A stretch of DNA of 64,000 nucleotides. Origin: Clostridium sp. UBA3947 (lineage in GTDB: Bacteria; Bacillota; Clostridia; Clostridiales; Clostridiaceae). The notes beneath the pieces are model-generated. The model was not told the DNA's origin. It saw only the letters and a list, made by a program, of their open reading frames with translations, and made no database searches. This document shows, piece by piece, positions 49,614 through 59,655 of the stretch. The position numbers and the translations under genes are program-made. Each line of letters begins with the position of its first letter. The stretch's first letter is position 1. The stretch lies in contig DGDR01000038.1 in the NCBI GenBank assembly GCA_002385545.1, positions 1,793-65,792 on the forward strand. Reading direction: 5' to 3'.

Positions 49614-49654
49614 ATTTTATCCTTATTGACATTGATTGTCAATAATTATTATCC
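49614..49654 (-). promoter_or_regulatory. suf sigma-A promoter with a 9-5-9 operator over the -35 and an adjacent Fur-like box
   Basis: TTGACA(49642-37)-17-TAAAAT(49619-14); TTATTGACA-ttgat-TGTCAATAA (49623-49645); GGATAAT-A-ATTATTG on the minus strand. Confidence 0.75.
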
Positions 49655-49682
49655 TTAAAAATCCACTAGCGATTAAGAAATC

Positions 49683-50384
49683 TCATCCCTCGTAATTATC
49701 TCCAAAGTTATTATCCCAATAGATTTCTCCATTCACTGTGTAACTTATACAAAACTGAACCTTGGTATCTTGAGGTATATCCTCTAGAGTAAAACTCCAG
49801 ATTTCTATATTATTCGAGTTATAATCTTTATAATAGGCCTTTTCCTCCTTATAAGATAGCCAATTATCTGTAGTATATCTAATCCTAACATCTTTATTAT
49901 AACCTAAGTTTCTAAGAAGTATGGTGCCTATAATAAAGTCCTTATTGTACTTATTATAATTGCAGCCCCTATCATAGCTTACAAGAGATACATTTATATC
50001 CCCTAAAGCATATCTAACATTACAATCATAAGAATTTTCATGGTTTATGCACAAGCAATAATCCTTACCCTGATTATTATCCCAATATTCCTTGTCTCCA
50101 GACTGGTATTGTATAGCAAATTTACAAAAGTATATTTCATTTTTACTTTCAGGTAAATTTATAGGTGTTTCAAAGGACCAAATCTCTATTCCACTGCCAG
50201 TCTTTTTAACATACCGTCCTTCTACTACACTCCAATTTTTATCATCATAGGTATAATGAATTATCAGCTTCTTATTCTCTCCCAAATCTTCCACTGCCAC
50301 AATACCAGTAACATTGTAGCCATAGCAATTACCCTTTTCAACCCATTGAATTTTATCTACTATCCTTCCATTAATCAATCTCAT
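49683..50384 (-). CDS. Tandem CBM21 (starch/glycogen-binding) protein, no catalytic domain
   Basis: Two repeats ending FAIQYQSGDKEYWDNNQG and FCISYTVNGEIYWDNNFG; RNLGYNKDVRIRYTTDNW. Confidence 0.8.
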   Translation of the reverse strand: MRLINGRIVDKIQWVEKGNCYGYNVTGIVAVEDLGENKKLIIHYTYDDKNWSVVEGRYVKKTGSGIEIWSFETPINLPESKNEIYFCKFAIQYQSGDKEYWDNNQGKDYCLCINHENSYDCNVRYALGDINVSLVSYDRGCNYNKYNKDFIIGTILLRNLGYNKDVRIRYTTDNWLSYKEEKAYYKDYNSNNIEIWSFTLEDIPQDTKVQFCISYTVNGEIYWDNNFGDNYEG

Positions 50385-50475
50385 ATTAATCCTCCTTAAC
50401 TAATAATATGTTAGCTGTACTAAGAAAGAATAAAGTTCATGGAAGCTTAATAATTATCCATGAACTTACTAAGTA

Positions 50476-51945
50476 CTACTGGATCTTTTTTATTTTTTCA
50501 CCTAATTTCTTAATAGTCATTATTTTTTCATGAATTTCTGTAACTGATTTTTCCTGAGTTTCTGCTAATGCCATAATCTGCTCTGTAGTAGCAGTATTTT
50601 CTTGCGATACTGCTGCTATAGTTTCTAACTGAGATTGAGTATTGTTAATTTGCTTTAGGAGACTATCTATCATTGCATATTCCTTACTTAACTTTTCATC
50701 TACCAGTTCTACTGATTCATTTACATTTTGAAGAACTTCTAGTATTTTATCTACCTTCTTATTACCAATTAATACTGCATCTCTTCCCTTGATAACATCC
50801 TGTAAAGCAGTTTCTGTAGATTCAGTAATTAATTCAGTAATGCTTTTTATCTCATTTGCTGTTTCAGCACTTTGCTCTGCTAGCTTTCTAACTTCTTCTG
50901 CTACAACAGCAAAGCCTTTACCTGCCTCTCCTGCTCTAGCAGCTTCTATTGCCGCATTTAATGCTAGTAGATTTGTCTGATCTGCTATTTGACTTATGCC
51001 TAATAAGGCTTCCTGTATCCTATTCATATTATTCTTTAAATTAGAAACAGTTTCAACGGATGTATTTATAGCATCATTGATTATCTTCATCTGATTAGAC
51101 ATTTCCTTAACCTCTTCAGCCCCTTGATATACTGCAGCCGCTGAGCCTTTAAAGGAATTTTCAATATCCTTAGATAATTCATAGGTTTCATCTATTTGCT
51201 TAGTAGAAGCAAGCATAGCACTATTAGCATTATTAATAGACACAGCAGTTTCCTCTACTGCCCTTGACATATCTCTCATAGATTGTCCAACCATTCCAAT
51301 ACCTTGCTTAATATCTTCTATAAGCACTGAGCTATCATTAACATTTTCAATAATTGCATTAGTGCTTTCTTCTAAAACAGCAACATTATCATGTAATTTA
51401 TTTAATGATTCTCTAGCAATAGCTTCTTCACTCTGGGACTTATTTATTAATTCTCTTCCCCACTTAGTTAAATTATATAAAACTGCAATAGCACAAATAA
51501 AAACACCTATTCTAGCAATAAAGTTTCCAATATTATTATCTGGTCCCATTACAGAAACCGGCGATACTATATAAGTACCTACTAAGATTGTTAAAAAAAT
51601 AACCGAAAAAGTCAATAAAATTTTCCTATTAAAGTATACCGTTGCTAGACAAAGTGAAAGCAGATAAATATTAAACATTCTTTCTACGCCACCAGAGACT
51701 ATTGATAAGCCAAGTGCTCCTAAAGCTGTTAGCAAAGGAATTGTAACACTTTTCACAAAATCATTAATAGGTAATAGAGCAATAATAGATATAATTATTG
51801 AAAGAGAAAACATTGCTATACCTGCTTTCATGGCATACTGTAAACCGTCTGCCCCATATGCAGCAAATAGCAACACAAGGCTGAATATCCATATAATTAC
51901 AACATTAAACCGATGCTCCTTTGAAATTTTACTCTTCATATCCAC
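50476..51945 (-). CDS. Methyl-accepting chemotaxis protein
   Basis: Multi-TM N-terminus; [40 protein letters not shown]. Confidence 0.95.
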   Translation of the reverse strand: MDMKSKISKEHRFNVVIIWIFSLVLLFAAYGADGLQYAMKAGIAMFSLSIIISIIALLPINDFVKSVTIPLLTALGALGLSIVSGGVERMFNIYLLSLCLATVYFNRKILLTFSVIFLTILVGTYIVSPVSVMGPDNNIGNFIARIGVFICAIAVLYNLTKWGRELINKSQSEEAIARESLNKLHDNVAVLEESTNAIIENVNDSSVLIEDIKQGIGMVGQSMRDMSRAVEETAVSINNANSAMLASTKQIDETYELSKDIENSFKGSAAAVYQGAEEVKEMSNQMKIINDAINTSVETVSNLKNNMNRIQEALLGISQIADQTNLLALNAAIEAARAGEAGKGFAVVAEEVRKLAEQSAETANEIKSITELITESTETALQDVIKGRDAVLIGNKKVDKILEVLQNVNESVELVDEKLSKEYAMIDSLLKQINNTQSQLETIAAVSQENTATTEQIMALAETQEKSVTEIHEKIMTIKKLGEKIKKIQ

Positions 51946-52079
51946 CCACCCTCTTAGCTATTATAACTTAATTATATCACATTTTATTTTATGTAAACAA
52001 AAAAAACAGCGAAAACTGGTTCTTTATATAAAAAATTATATAGTTATGGAAAAACTTGTCGTTGAAAACTATAGTTTTA

Positions 52080-52946
52080 TTAATCTTCATCGTAAAAATC
52101 AAGAAAAGAATATTTTTCCCCTTTTTTCTGCCAACCTAAAATAGCATCCATATTTACATTCTCCGCAGCCTTAAAAATAGACTTTTCTACATCTGGGAAT
52201 TTAATTTTAAATTCCTTTATCATCTCTTTAATTTCATACCTTTTATTTCCTATTTTCTTTGCTGCTACCATACAAGCACAGTTTAGAGGCCATATACCAC
52301 TCTTTTGTGTAAACCTCTCAATATGCTGCTCTTCTATAAAGTAGAGAGGTCTAATTAGCTCCATATTTTCGAAATTGGTAGCCTTCAATTTAGGCAGCAT
52401 AGTTTTAAAGTTACCAGAGTAAAGAATATTTAACATAGTAGTCTCAATAACATCATTATAATGGTGTCCTAGGGCTAGCTTATTGCAACCTAGTTCCTTA
52501 GCTCTTGAATACAGGGCACCTCTTCTCATTCTGGCACACATATAACAAGGATAATCTTTAGCTATTCTATCTACCACTTCAAAGATACCAGAATCAAATA
52601 CCTTTATAGGTATTCCTAAATATTCACAATTGTCCAGCATTAGCTTTTTTATATCTGGATGGTAGCCAGGATCCGCTAATAGAAACTCCAACTCAAATTT
52701 AATTTGACCATTCTTTTGTAGCCTTTGAAATAGCTTAGCCATTAGCATACTGTCTTTACCACCAGACACCCCAACAGCAATTTTATCTCCATCCTTCACC
52801 AGCTCATACTTCTTTATAGCTTTTAAAAACTTTGACCAAATCTTGCTTCTATAAGTTGTAGTAATGCTATTTTCAATTTCCTCAAGAGGTTTCCTCTCGT
52901 TAAAAGGTACTAATATATCGCAACCATTTCCTGCAATACCAGTCAT
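52080..52946 (-). CDS. ttcA: tRNA 2-thiocytidine biosynthesis protein TtcA family
   Basis: SGGKDS PP-loop, CYMC, RRG, LGHH..D, IRPL, CAC; ATG at 52946 after AGGAGG. Confidence 0.85.
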   Translation of the reverse strand: MTGIAGNGCDILVPFNERKPLEEIENSITTTYRSKIWSKFLKAIKKYELVKDGDKIAVGVSGGKDSMLMAKLFQRLQKNGQIKFELEFLLADPGYHPDIKKLMLDNCEYLGIPIKVFDSGIFEVVDRIAKDYPCYMCARMRRGALYSRAKELGCNKLALGHHYNDVIETTMLNILYSGNFKTMLPKLKATNFENMELIRPLYFIEEQHIERFTQKSGIWPLNCACMVAAKKIGNKRYEIKEMIKEFKIKFPDVEKSIFKAAENVNMDAILGWQKKGEKYSFLDFYDED

Positions 52947-53058
52947 AACGTTCCTCCTTATATACATAAAAGCTCACTAAGCCTTTGTTTTTTCATATAA
53001 TTTACCTTTTGTATTATAACACCTTTGCAGGGATTTGTCCCTAGAAAATTTCTCTAGC

Positions 53059-54216
53059 TTATTTTAAATTAAGACTCTTTTTGAATTCCTTATCCAACCT
53101 CTCAAAATCTATACCTAATACTTCTCTTATAGTTAAATCAAAAACCTCGTTTCTTTTAAAATTCTCCTCTGATCCACTGCCTTCTAAAAAAGGATGTTTA
53201 GCTAAACTATTAAGTATTTCTGCAATTGAGTCTTCTCCGTATTCTGCTACAATAAATTCTACAGCACATTGAGCACTACCATAGTATCTCAATACGTCGC
53301 TATCCTTTGTTAATTGCTCTAAATTTGAATCTATTAATTCTTTAATAGTCATTTCATTTCCTTTAACCAGCTTTGCATAATAGTCCTTAGAGTAATATGC
53401 TGCAAGTCCTTCAGCAAACCAATAGGGCATATTGTTATTACTATCTTTTATGGTTACCTTATGTATAAGCTCATGGGCAAATCCCCTAGAACTAATAACC
53501 TGCCCAGCGCCTATATATTTGATGGATTCTGAATATTCATACCAGCCAGCCATATTCCACTGAAAGGATAGCTTAACAAATTGTCTTAAGGTTTCCTCAT
53601 CATCATAAATCTTAATTACTGTTTTTTCTTCTGGAGCCTTACCATAGTTCTTTTTTACTATTTCATAGCCTTCCTCTGCATCTTTAGCGATCTTATCTAT
53701 GAGATTCCTACTACCTTCTGTATATTTAATAATAAAATGTTCCGTTTCTAGACTATTAAAATCCAAATCACAGTCTATATATTCTTTCCCATTACTTTTA
53801 TAAATGGATTTAAAGTTCAAACTGTAATCTTTATTCCCATAATGATATTGTTGCTTTAAGCTAACTAAGTAGCTATCTTTCCCTCTGCTTTTTATATCCA
53901 TAACCTGAAGGCTGTAGTCCCTAATATCGTTAAGCATTATATCTCGAAACCAATTCTCCTGTTCCTTATAATACTCCTTATCATTTTCATTAACTGTACT
54001 CATATATTTTGTAAAGTCCTTATTTTTTACTGCTTCAGCCTTTCTTTCTACTATTTGATTTATAGATTTTACTATTACCTGGGAAATTTCCTGTTTATTT
54101 TCAACCTTTTCTTGTTCAACATTGTTAATTGTCTCTTTTCTTATATCACTGCTACTACATGCTATTAAGGAAAGGGATAATAAAAAAGCAAGAAGTAGCT
54201 TACCAAAACTTTTCAC
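53059..54216 (-). CDS. Lipoprotein, peptidase MA (gluzincin) family
   Basis: Lipobox LIAC; HELIH + PYWFAEGLA. Confidence 0.8.
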   Translation of the reverse strand: MKSFGKLLLAFLLSLSLIACSSSDIRKETINNVEQEKVENKQEISQVIVKSINQIVERKAEAVKNKDFTKYMSTVNENDKEYYKEQENWFRDIMLNDIRDYSLQVMDIKSRGKDSYLVSLKQQYHYGNKDYSLNFKSIYKSNGKEYIDCDLDFNSLETEHFIIKYTEGSRNLIDKIAKDAEEGYEIVKKNYGKAPEEKTVIKIYDDEETLRQFVKLSFQWNMAGWYEYSESIKYIGAGQVISSRGFAHELIHKVTIKDSNNNMPYWFAEGLAAYYSKDYYAKLVKGNEMTIKELIDSNLEQLTKDSDVLRYYGSAQCAVEFIVAEYGEDSIAEILNSLAKHPFLEGSGSEENFKRNEVFDLTIREVLGIDFERLDKEFKKSLNLK

Positions 54217-54352
54217 CTTATTTCCTCCACATCTTAATTATTATATTGTATTTTTTCCAAAGTTAAAAGTTTATAACATAATAATACCATAAAATTAGAA
54301 GATAGAAGTTAATATAATAGATACATTTTGCGGAGTGCAAATAATAAGTATC

Positions 54353-54399
54353 AAAAAGCTGTTGCACAACTAACAGCTTTGTCAGTTGAGCAACAGCCC
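54353..54399. repeat. Dispersed palindromic repeat copy overlapping the histidine kinase stop
   Basis: AAAAAGCTGTTGCACAACTAACA...GTCAGTTGAGCAACAGCCC. Confidence 0.75.
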
Positions 54400-56580
54400 C
54401 TCCTTTGGTAATGGCTGTGTTTTTTTGAATTCCACTACTACTTTAAATAAGTCTCCGTCGATTTCAATATGCATTCTTCCATCTTGTAGTTCTACTATGC
54501 TTTTAGCTATGGCTAAGCCTAGGCCAGAGCCTTCTGTATTTCTAGACTTATCTCCCCTCTTAAAACGTTCAAATATCTCCTCTGGGTCAAAATCCATCTC
54601 ATAATTTGCTACATTTTTAATTGTAAATAAAACATTGGATTCTAGTTCTACTAAATCGATATATACTCTTGTATTAGGCTGAGAATATTTTAAAGCATTA
54701 TTGATTAGATTCTCAAATACTCTCCAGGTTTTCTTACCATCTAAATATAAGTATATTTTTTCTGTAGGTATATTGACTCTAAAGATAAGTGAGGACTGAT
54801 TAATCTTCTCATCTAGCTCTCCAAGGGTTTGCCTTAAAATAGCTGCAATATCTACTTGCTCCCTTTCTAAGTTAACAGCACCAGAAGACATTTTGGATGC
54901 TTCAAAAAGATCCTCAATTAACACCTTTAATCTTTGGGACTTCCTATCCAATATTTCTATATAGGAATCCTTCTCCTCTTGTGATAGTTCCTTGCTTTTT
55001 AACAAATCCACATAATTTATTATAGAGGTTAAGGGCGTTTTTAAGTCATGAGAAACATTTGTAATAAGCTCTGTTTTTAATCTCTCACTTTTTATTTGCT
55101 CATCCATTGATCTCTTATAGCCATTTTTTATGTTGTTAAAATTTCGTGCTAAGACCCTTATTTGGTCTTTACCCTTCTCCTCAATAACTAAATCAAAGTT
55201 ACCTGCTGCTATACTATTAGAAGCTTTAACTAAATTATTAAAATACATAACTCTTTTATATACAAAGAAGTAGATGAATAATAGATATGCCACAATATAG
55301 ATTAAGCATATTGCTGACAAAAAGCTATCTGACTCAGCTATTAAAGCAAGAAAGGCTATACTAAATAACATAGAGGCAATCAACACAATTGTAACTTTAG
55401 CTATAGTTTTCCTATGGTAAAAAATATTAGTCATCCAAGTAAAAAACCTACATATCAAAGTTCCTCTCCACTGGGACTTAAGATATTTTGGATTAATAAT
55501 TAAGTGATAAACTCCACGAATGTGTAAGAGCATAAAGAGTAGGAATTCTGACCAACAAATACAATACAGGATATAGGCCCAATAAGGCCAACTTTGTATT
55601 TCTTTTATCATCTGAGCCCCTTCAAAAAAAATTGATATTGCCGCAACTAGTACTATAAATCTAAATTCCATTGGTATCCTAACGTAGGCGTGGGTTAGGT
55701 TCCCTAAAACGGTCTTTTCTTCTTTTTCTCTTCTACTTATAATAATAAAGAGAATCATAGATAGTATGAAGGTTATTGCACCCAGTTTCGCCTCATCTAC
55801 TATCCTTTTATTCCTATTAGCAAATTCCAAATTAGATAAATAGAATTCACTGTAGCCCGTTCCTTCTAAGGGTATAAAAAAGTGACCTTCCAAATTTAAT
55901 GCAGCCAGCTGATTACTAATCTGATCCTCCATATATTTCATTGTCAATTCCTGCTTAGGATACTTATCATAATAAATCATTTCCTGCTTTAAAACTTCAT
56001 CAATATTAACATTTCCAGATACGTTAGTATAAACTTCTCCATTACTTTTGTTTATAAGATAATATTTTAAGGTTTTCCATTGACTAACATTATATTTTAA
56101 CCTATTATATAATTCGTCTTTTTGCTGTATGAGCTCCTTTTTTATTTGCTCCACAGATTTTTTGTTATTTTTTTGGAATTCTTTTATAGCATTATCTCTT
56201 TCGGCAATTAACAGTTTCTCATACTCTTTACCTTCATGATAAATCCGTAGTGAATAATCATTGTTAATATTTTCTATAGTCTCATCTATAAATTTGCTAT
56301 GATCTTCAACAGCTTTGTCTAATTCTTCCTTACTTATTTTTTCATCTGGACTTTTCTTCTCATAATCAACAAAATGATAGGTTACATAAAATTGCTGTAA
56401 ATCGTAGATACTAGCTTCCAGACGCCTTAAAAACACATCGGTTTTAAAATAAGATTCCTCTTTTATCTCCTCAGAATAGACACAATATACTACCGTTGTC
56501 AAAGTTGAATAGCCTAACAACAAAATTGCCAAAGTAAAAATAATTGAATATATAAAGCTATTTTTCGATTTTGTACCCAA
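54382..56580 (-). CDS. Membrane sensor histidine kinase (HAMP-HisKA-HATPase)
   Basis: SHDLKTPLTSI, NLINNALKY, FERFKRGD, GSGLGLAI. Confidence 0.95.
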   Translation of the reverse strand: MGTKSKNSFIYSIIFTLAILLLGYSTLTTVVYCVYSEEIKEESYFKTDVFLRRLEASIYDLQQFYVTYHFVDYEKKSPDEKISKEELDKAVEDHSKFIDETIENINNDYSLRIYHEGKEYEKLLIAERDNAIKEFQKNNKKSVEQIKKELIQQKDELYNRLKYNVSQWKTLKYYLINKSNGEVYTNVSGNVNIDEVLKQEMIYYDKYPKQELTMKYMEDQISNQLAALNLEGHFFIPLEGTGYSEFYLSNLEFANRNKRIVDEAKLGAITFILSMILFIIISRREKEEKTVLGNLTHAYVRIPMEFRFIVLVAAISIFFEGAQMIKEIQSWPYWAYILYCICWSEFLLFMLLHIRGVYHLIINPKYLKSQWRGTLICRFFTWMTNIFYHRKTIAKVTIVLIASMLFSIAFLALIAESDSFLSAICLIYIVAYLLFIYFFVYKRVMYFNNLVKASNSIAAGNFDLVIEEKGKDQIRVLARNFNNIKNGYKRSMDEQIKSERLKTELITNVSHDLKTPLTSIINYVDLLKSKELSQEEKDSYIEILDRKSQRLKVLIEDLFEASKMSSGAVNLEREQVDIAAILRQTLGELDEKINQSSLIFRVNIPTEKIYLYLDGKKTWRVFENLINNALKYSQPNTRVYIDLVELESNVLFTIKNVANYEMDFDPEEIFERFKRGDKSRNTEGSGLGLAIAKSIVELQDGRMHIEIDGDLFKVVVEFKKTQPLPKEGLLLN

Positions 56581-57250
56581 TTCCCCACACCACCTTTAAG
56601 TATCTAGGGTCCTTTGGATTAATTTCTATTTTCTCTCTTATCCTTCGTATATGCACAGATACAGTATTATCAGCATTATAACAAGGCTCCTTCCAAACCC
56701 TTTCATAAATTTCATCTATCGAAAAAACTCTCCCTAAATTCTCCATTAAAAGCTCTAGAATACCGAATTCTATAGGAGTCAGCTTTACTTCCTCCCCATC
56801 TACAGTAACCACCTTTGTAGCTTTATTTAGCACCAAGCCCCTAACTACAAGTTCATCGGTACTCTGCTTATATACCCCTAAATTTACATACCTTCTTAAT
56901 TGAGATTTAACCCTTGCTATCAGCTCTAAAGGATTGAAGGGCTTTGTAATATAATCGTCCGCTCCTATATTAAGCCCTAAAATTTTATCTGTATCCTCAG
57001 ACTTAGCTGAAAGCATTATTATTGGAATATTCCTTTTTTCTCTAATTTTAAATGTAGCCTTAATGCCATCCATCCTAGGCATCATAATATCCAATACTAT
57101 TAGATGGATATCTTGCTCCTCTAATATCATTAAAGCCTCTATGCCATCCTTTGCCTTGAAAATATTCATTCCTTCATTTTTTAAGTATATTTCTATGGCA
57201 TCTCTTATTTCATCATCATCATCTACAACTAAAACATTATATGTTATCAT
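56558..57250 (-). CDS. OmpR-family response regulator
   Basis: VVDDD, LDIMMP, GADDYITKPF, winged-helix VHIRRIREKIE. Confidence 0.96.
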   Translation of the reverse strand: MITYNVLVVDDDDEIRDAIEIYLKNEGMNIFKAKDGIEALMILEEQDIHLIVLDIMMPRMDGIKATFKIREKRNIPIIMLSAKSEDTDKILGLNIGADDYITKPFNPLELIARVKSQLRRYVNLGVYKQSTDELVVRGLVLNKATKVVTVDGEEVKLTPIEFGILELLMENLGRVFSIDEIYERVWKEPCYNADNTVSVHIRRIREKIEINPKDPRYLKVVWGIGYKIEK

Positions 57251-57330
57251 CTAAATACCACCTTCCCAATATATTATACCATCTTTCCTTCCTCCTTTCC
57301 TTAGCTACAATTTAATTGTAAAAAATAAAA

Positions 57331-57370
57331 CTTACAAAATTCTTAGATAAATTCTTAAAAATTTCTTAAG
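57331..57370 (-). promoter_or_regulatory. Four TAAG direct repeats (11-12 bp period), probable OmpR-type autoregulatory site
   Basis: Plus-strand CTTA at 57331, 57342, 57354 and 57365, upstream of the response regulator. Confidence 0.5.
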
Positions 57371-57431
57371 TTTTAAAAATAATAAAAAAGCAGCCTTTTT
57401 TAGCTGCTATTAGATATTAAATGTCAAAATT

Positions 57432-57893
57432 CTACTCAATTCTTTTTTCCATAAGGTGATAGCACAAAACCTCTTCATTCTCCACCGTTATGCTATTATA
57501 TTCTTTTACTAAATATCCTAATTTAAAGTATAAACCAAAGCCTGGTATGGAGGAATCTAATAGAGTGGTGGTATAGCCTTGCTCTAAAGCTATATTTTCC
57601 AAGGCTTCTATAAGTCTCTTTCCTATGCCTCTACCCTGATACTGTGGTAAAACAAACATTCTCTTTATATGATTTTTCTCTAAGGCTGCTGTAGCTACTA
57701 GCTCCTTATCTTCCATAGCTACTAAAATAATTTCTTTACCAACAGCCTCTTTTACCCTATCCTTAGAATGATGTTCAAGAAAAAAATTAACCACCGCTGG
57801 AGGATAATATTTAGGATAAACCTTACTTATAGTTTCCCTCACTATATGGTGAACCTCACAATAATCCTCTGGCCTTGCTCTTCTTATAACCAT
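57432..57893 (-). CDS. GNAT N-acetyltransferase
   Basis: RMFVLPQYQGRGIGKRLI acetyl-CoA motif A. Confidence 0.92.
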   Translation of the reverse strand: MVIRRARPEDYCEVHHIVRETISKVYPKYYPPAVVNFFLEHHSKDRVKEAVGKEIILVAMEDKELVATAALEKNHIKRMFVLPQYQGRGIGKRLIEALENIALEQGYTTTLLDSSIPGFGLYFKLGYLVKEYNSITVENEEVLCYHLMEKRIE

Positions 57894-58011
57894 ACAACCT
57901 TACCTTCTCTCTTTATTAATTTTAAGCTTTAAAATGCCTGTAAATCAAAACATATCTATTAAAGATAATATCTTAATTCCCCTAATATTACAAATTCTTT
58001 TAAAGAAACCA

Positions 58012-58704
58012 TTATAACAGGATTCTAACTATAATTGGGGCTATTAGTACTGTAACAAGAGCTGAAACTCCAATAGCTAAACCACTCATAGCTCCTTCAG
58101 TTTCTCCCATTTCCATAGCTTTTGTGGTCCCTGCAGCATGAGAGGAAGTACCTATGGCTATGCCTATAGCTAGTTTGTCCTCAATTTTAAATATTTTACA
58201 TAAGACAGGAGCTAAAACTGCTCCTAGAATTCCTGTTATTACTATAGCTGCAACAGTTATAGACGGTATCCCTCCTAACTGCTTAGAAAGCTCCACTCCC
58301 ACTGGTGTTGTAATAGATTTTGGAACTAAGGATAGAAGTATGCTCTTTTCTACCTTAAATAGCTTAGACAATGTTAGAACACTTATAACAGAGACTGTTG
58401 ATCCTATAGTTATCCCTATTAGAATTTCCTTATAGCTTTTTTTCAAAATTTCTAGCTTATTATATAAAGGAACCGCTAATATAACTGTAGCTGGACTTAA
58501 AAATAATGATATAAACTCTCCACCAAAATTATAAGTTTGCAAATCTATACGAAATATTAATAGAAATCCTATGATTAGGATTATTGCAATTAAAAGAGGA
58601 TTAAACAGTGGAAATTTTGTCTTTTTATATATAAATAAACCTATTTCGTATGCAAGAATGGAAATTACAATACCAAATAAAGGGGTCTGTAATAGTTCTA
58701 TCAT
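58012..58704 (-). CDS. lrgB: LrgB/CidB family membrane protein
   Basis: PATVILAVPLY, PKSITTP, GTSSHAAGT. Confidence 0.93.
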   Translation of the reverse strand: MIELLQTPLFGIVISILAYEIGLFIYKKTKFPLFNPLLIAIILIIGFLLIFRIDLQTYNFGGEFISLFLSPATVILAVPLYNKLEILKKSYKEILIGITIGSTVSVISVLTLSKLFKVEKSILLSLVPKSITTPVGVELSKQLGGIPSITVAAIVITGILGAVLAPVLCKIFKIEDKLAIGIAIGTSSHAAGTTKAMEMGETEGAMSGLAIGVSALVTVLIAPIIVRILL

Positions 58705-59051
58705 TTATTCCACCTCTTCCTTAAAAGCTGTATTGAATATCCCGTGATTAATAAAACTATAACAGTAGTAATCAAGGATATAATACCTATTTCAAACCAG
58801 TTATCTCTAAGGATTCCCATGTAAGCCATCAAGCCCACACCAGCTGGAACAAAGAAAAAAGATAAATGATCCAGTAAAAAACTACTTATTTCCTTTAAAT
58901 TTTCTACTTTAACCACTTTTAAATATAGCAATAAAAATAGAACTATCATTCCAATAACGCTACCAGGCAAAGGAAGCTTAAAAACCTTCTTAATTAACTC
59001 CCCAAATAAAGTTAAACCTAATATAAATCCAAATTGTCTTAGAAGCTTCAT
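58701..59051 (-). CDS. lrgA: CidA/LrgA family protein
   Basis: LPLPGSVIGM, FFFVPAGVG; 4-bp overlap with lrgB. Confidence 0.92.
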   Translation of the reverse strand: MKLLRQFGFILGLTLFGELIKKVFKLPLPGSVIGMIVLFLLLYLKVVKVENLKEISSFLLDHLSFFFVPAGVGLMAYMGILRDNWFEIGIISLITTVIVLLITGYSIQLLRKRWNK

Positions 59052-59255
59052 CTTATATCTATCTCCTTATTTGATTTTAGTTAAAAAATAGTTTAATAGC
59101 TTAATATTTTATCACTTATTAAAATCCAATACAACTAACAGGGAGAAAAAATTATCCATGCAAAAATATTAGAAAATTAAAGAAAACAAAAGAATTAATT
59201 AGCTATTTTAAAATAAATCATTATTTTAAATTATTTATATGTTATTTTAATACTT

Positions 59256-59318
59256 GTTATAAGTTATAATATACCATATAATATATTTAACAACTACTTA
59301 TTAACTAGTAAGTAGTTG
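59256..59318 (+). promoter_or_regulatory. Sigma-A promoter plus a 10-8-10 inverted repeat at the start site
   Basis: TTGTTA-17-TATAAT; CAACTACTTA-ttaactag-TAAGTAGTTG (59291-59318). Confidence 0.6.
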
Positions 59319-59373
59319 ATGTTATTAACATGAATTAAAAAGAAATAAATCTTTTTTATGGAGGTGAATAGTT

Positions 59374-59451
59374 TTGATTAGAGATAAACCATATTTAAAA
59401 GAATACATAATGATTAAAAAGCTTAGTTTAAAATATGGGTACAATAACTAA
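59374..59451 (+). CDS. Unannotated small ORF, 25 aa (MIRDKPYLKEYIMIKKLSLKYGYNN)
   Basis: GGAGGTG at 59360-66, 7 nt before TTG; has its own promoter and terminator; below the ORF-track cutoff. Confidence 0.5.
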   Translation: MIRDKPYLKEYIMIKKLSLKYGYNN

Positions 59452-59543
59452 GCAAAGTTACACATAATGGTCGGTATAAAATAGAATTTACTTTAAAATG
59501 GTATAAAAGGTATTAAGTTAAGAAGAGGGTTCGGATAGATTAG

Positions 59544-59575
59544 AGGGAATTCTTAAAGAAGAATTCCCTTTTTTG
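59544..59575 (+). terminator. Intrinsic terminator upstream of capA
   Basis: AGGGAATTCTT-aaag-AAGAATTCCCT-TTTTT. Confidence 0.85.
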
Positions 59576-59655
59576 TTATGTAAATGGTATCGGATTTGTA
59601 CAAGTTACGTATTATATATGGATATATAATCAATTGTTTACTTTGGAGGCAATTT

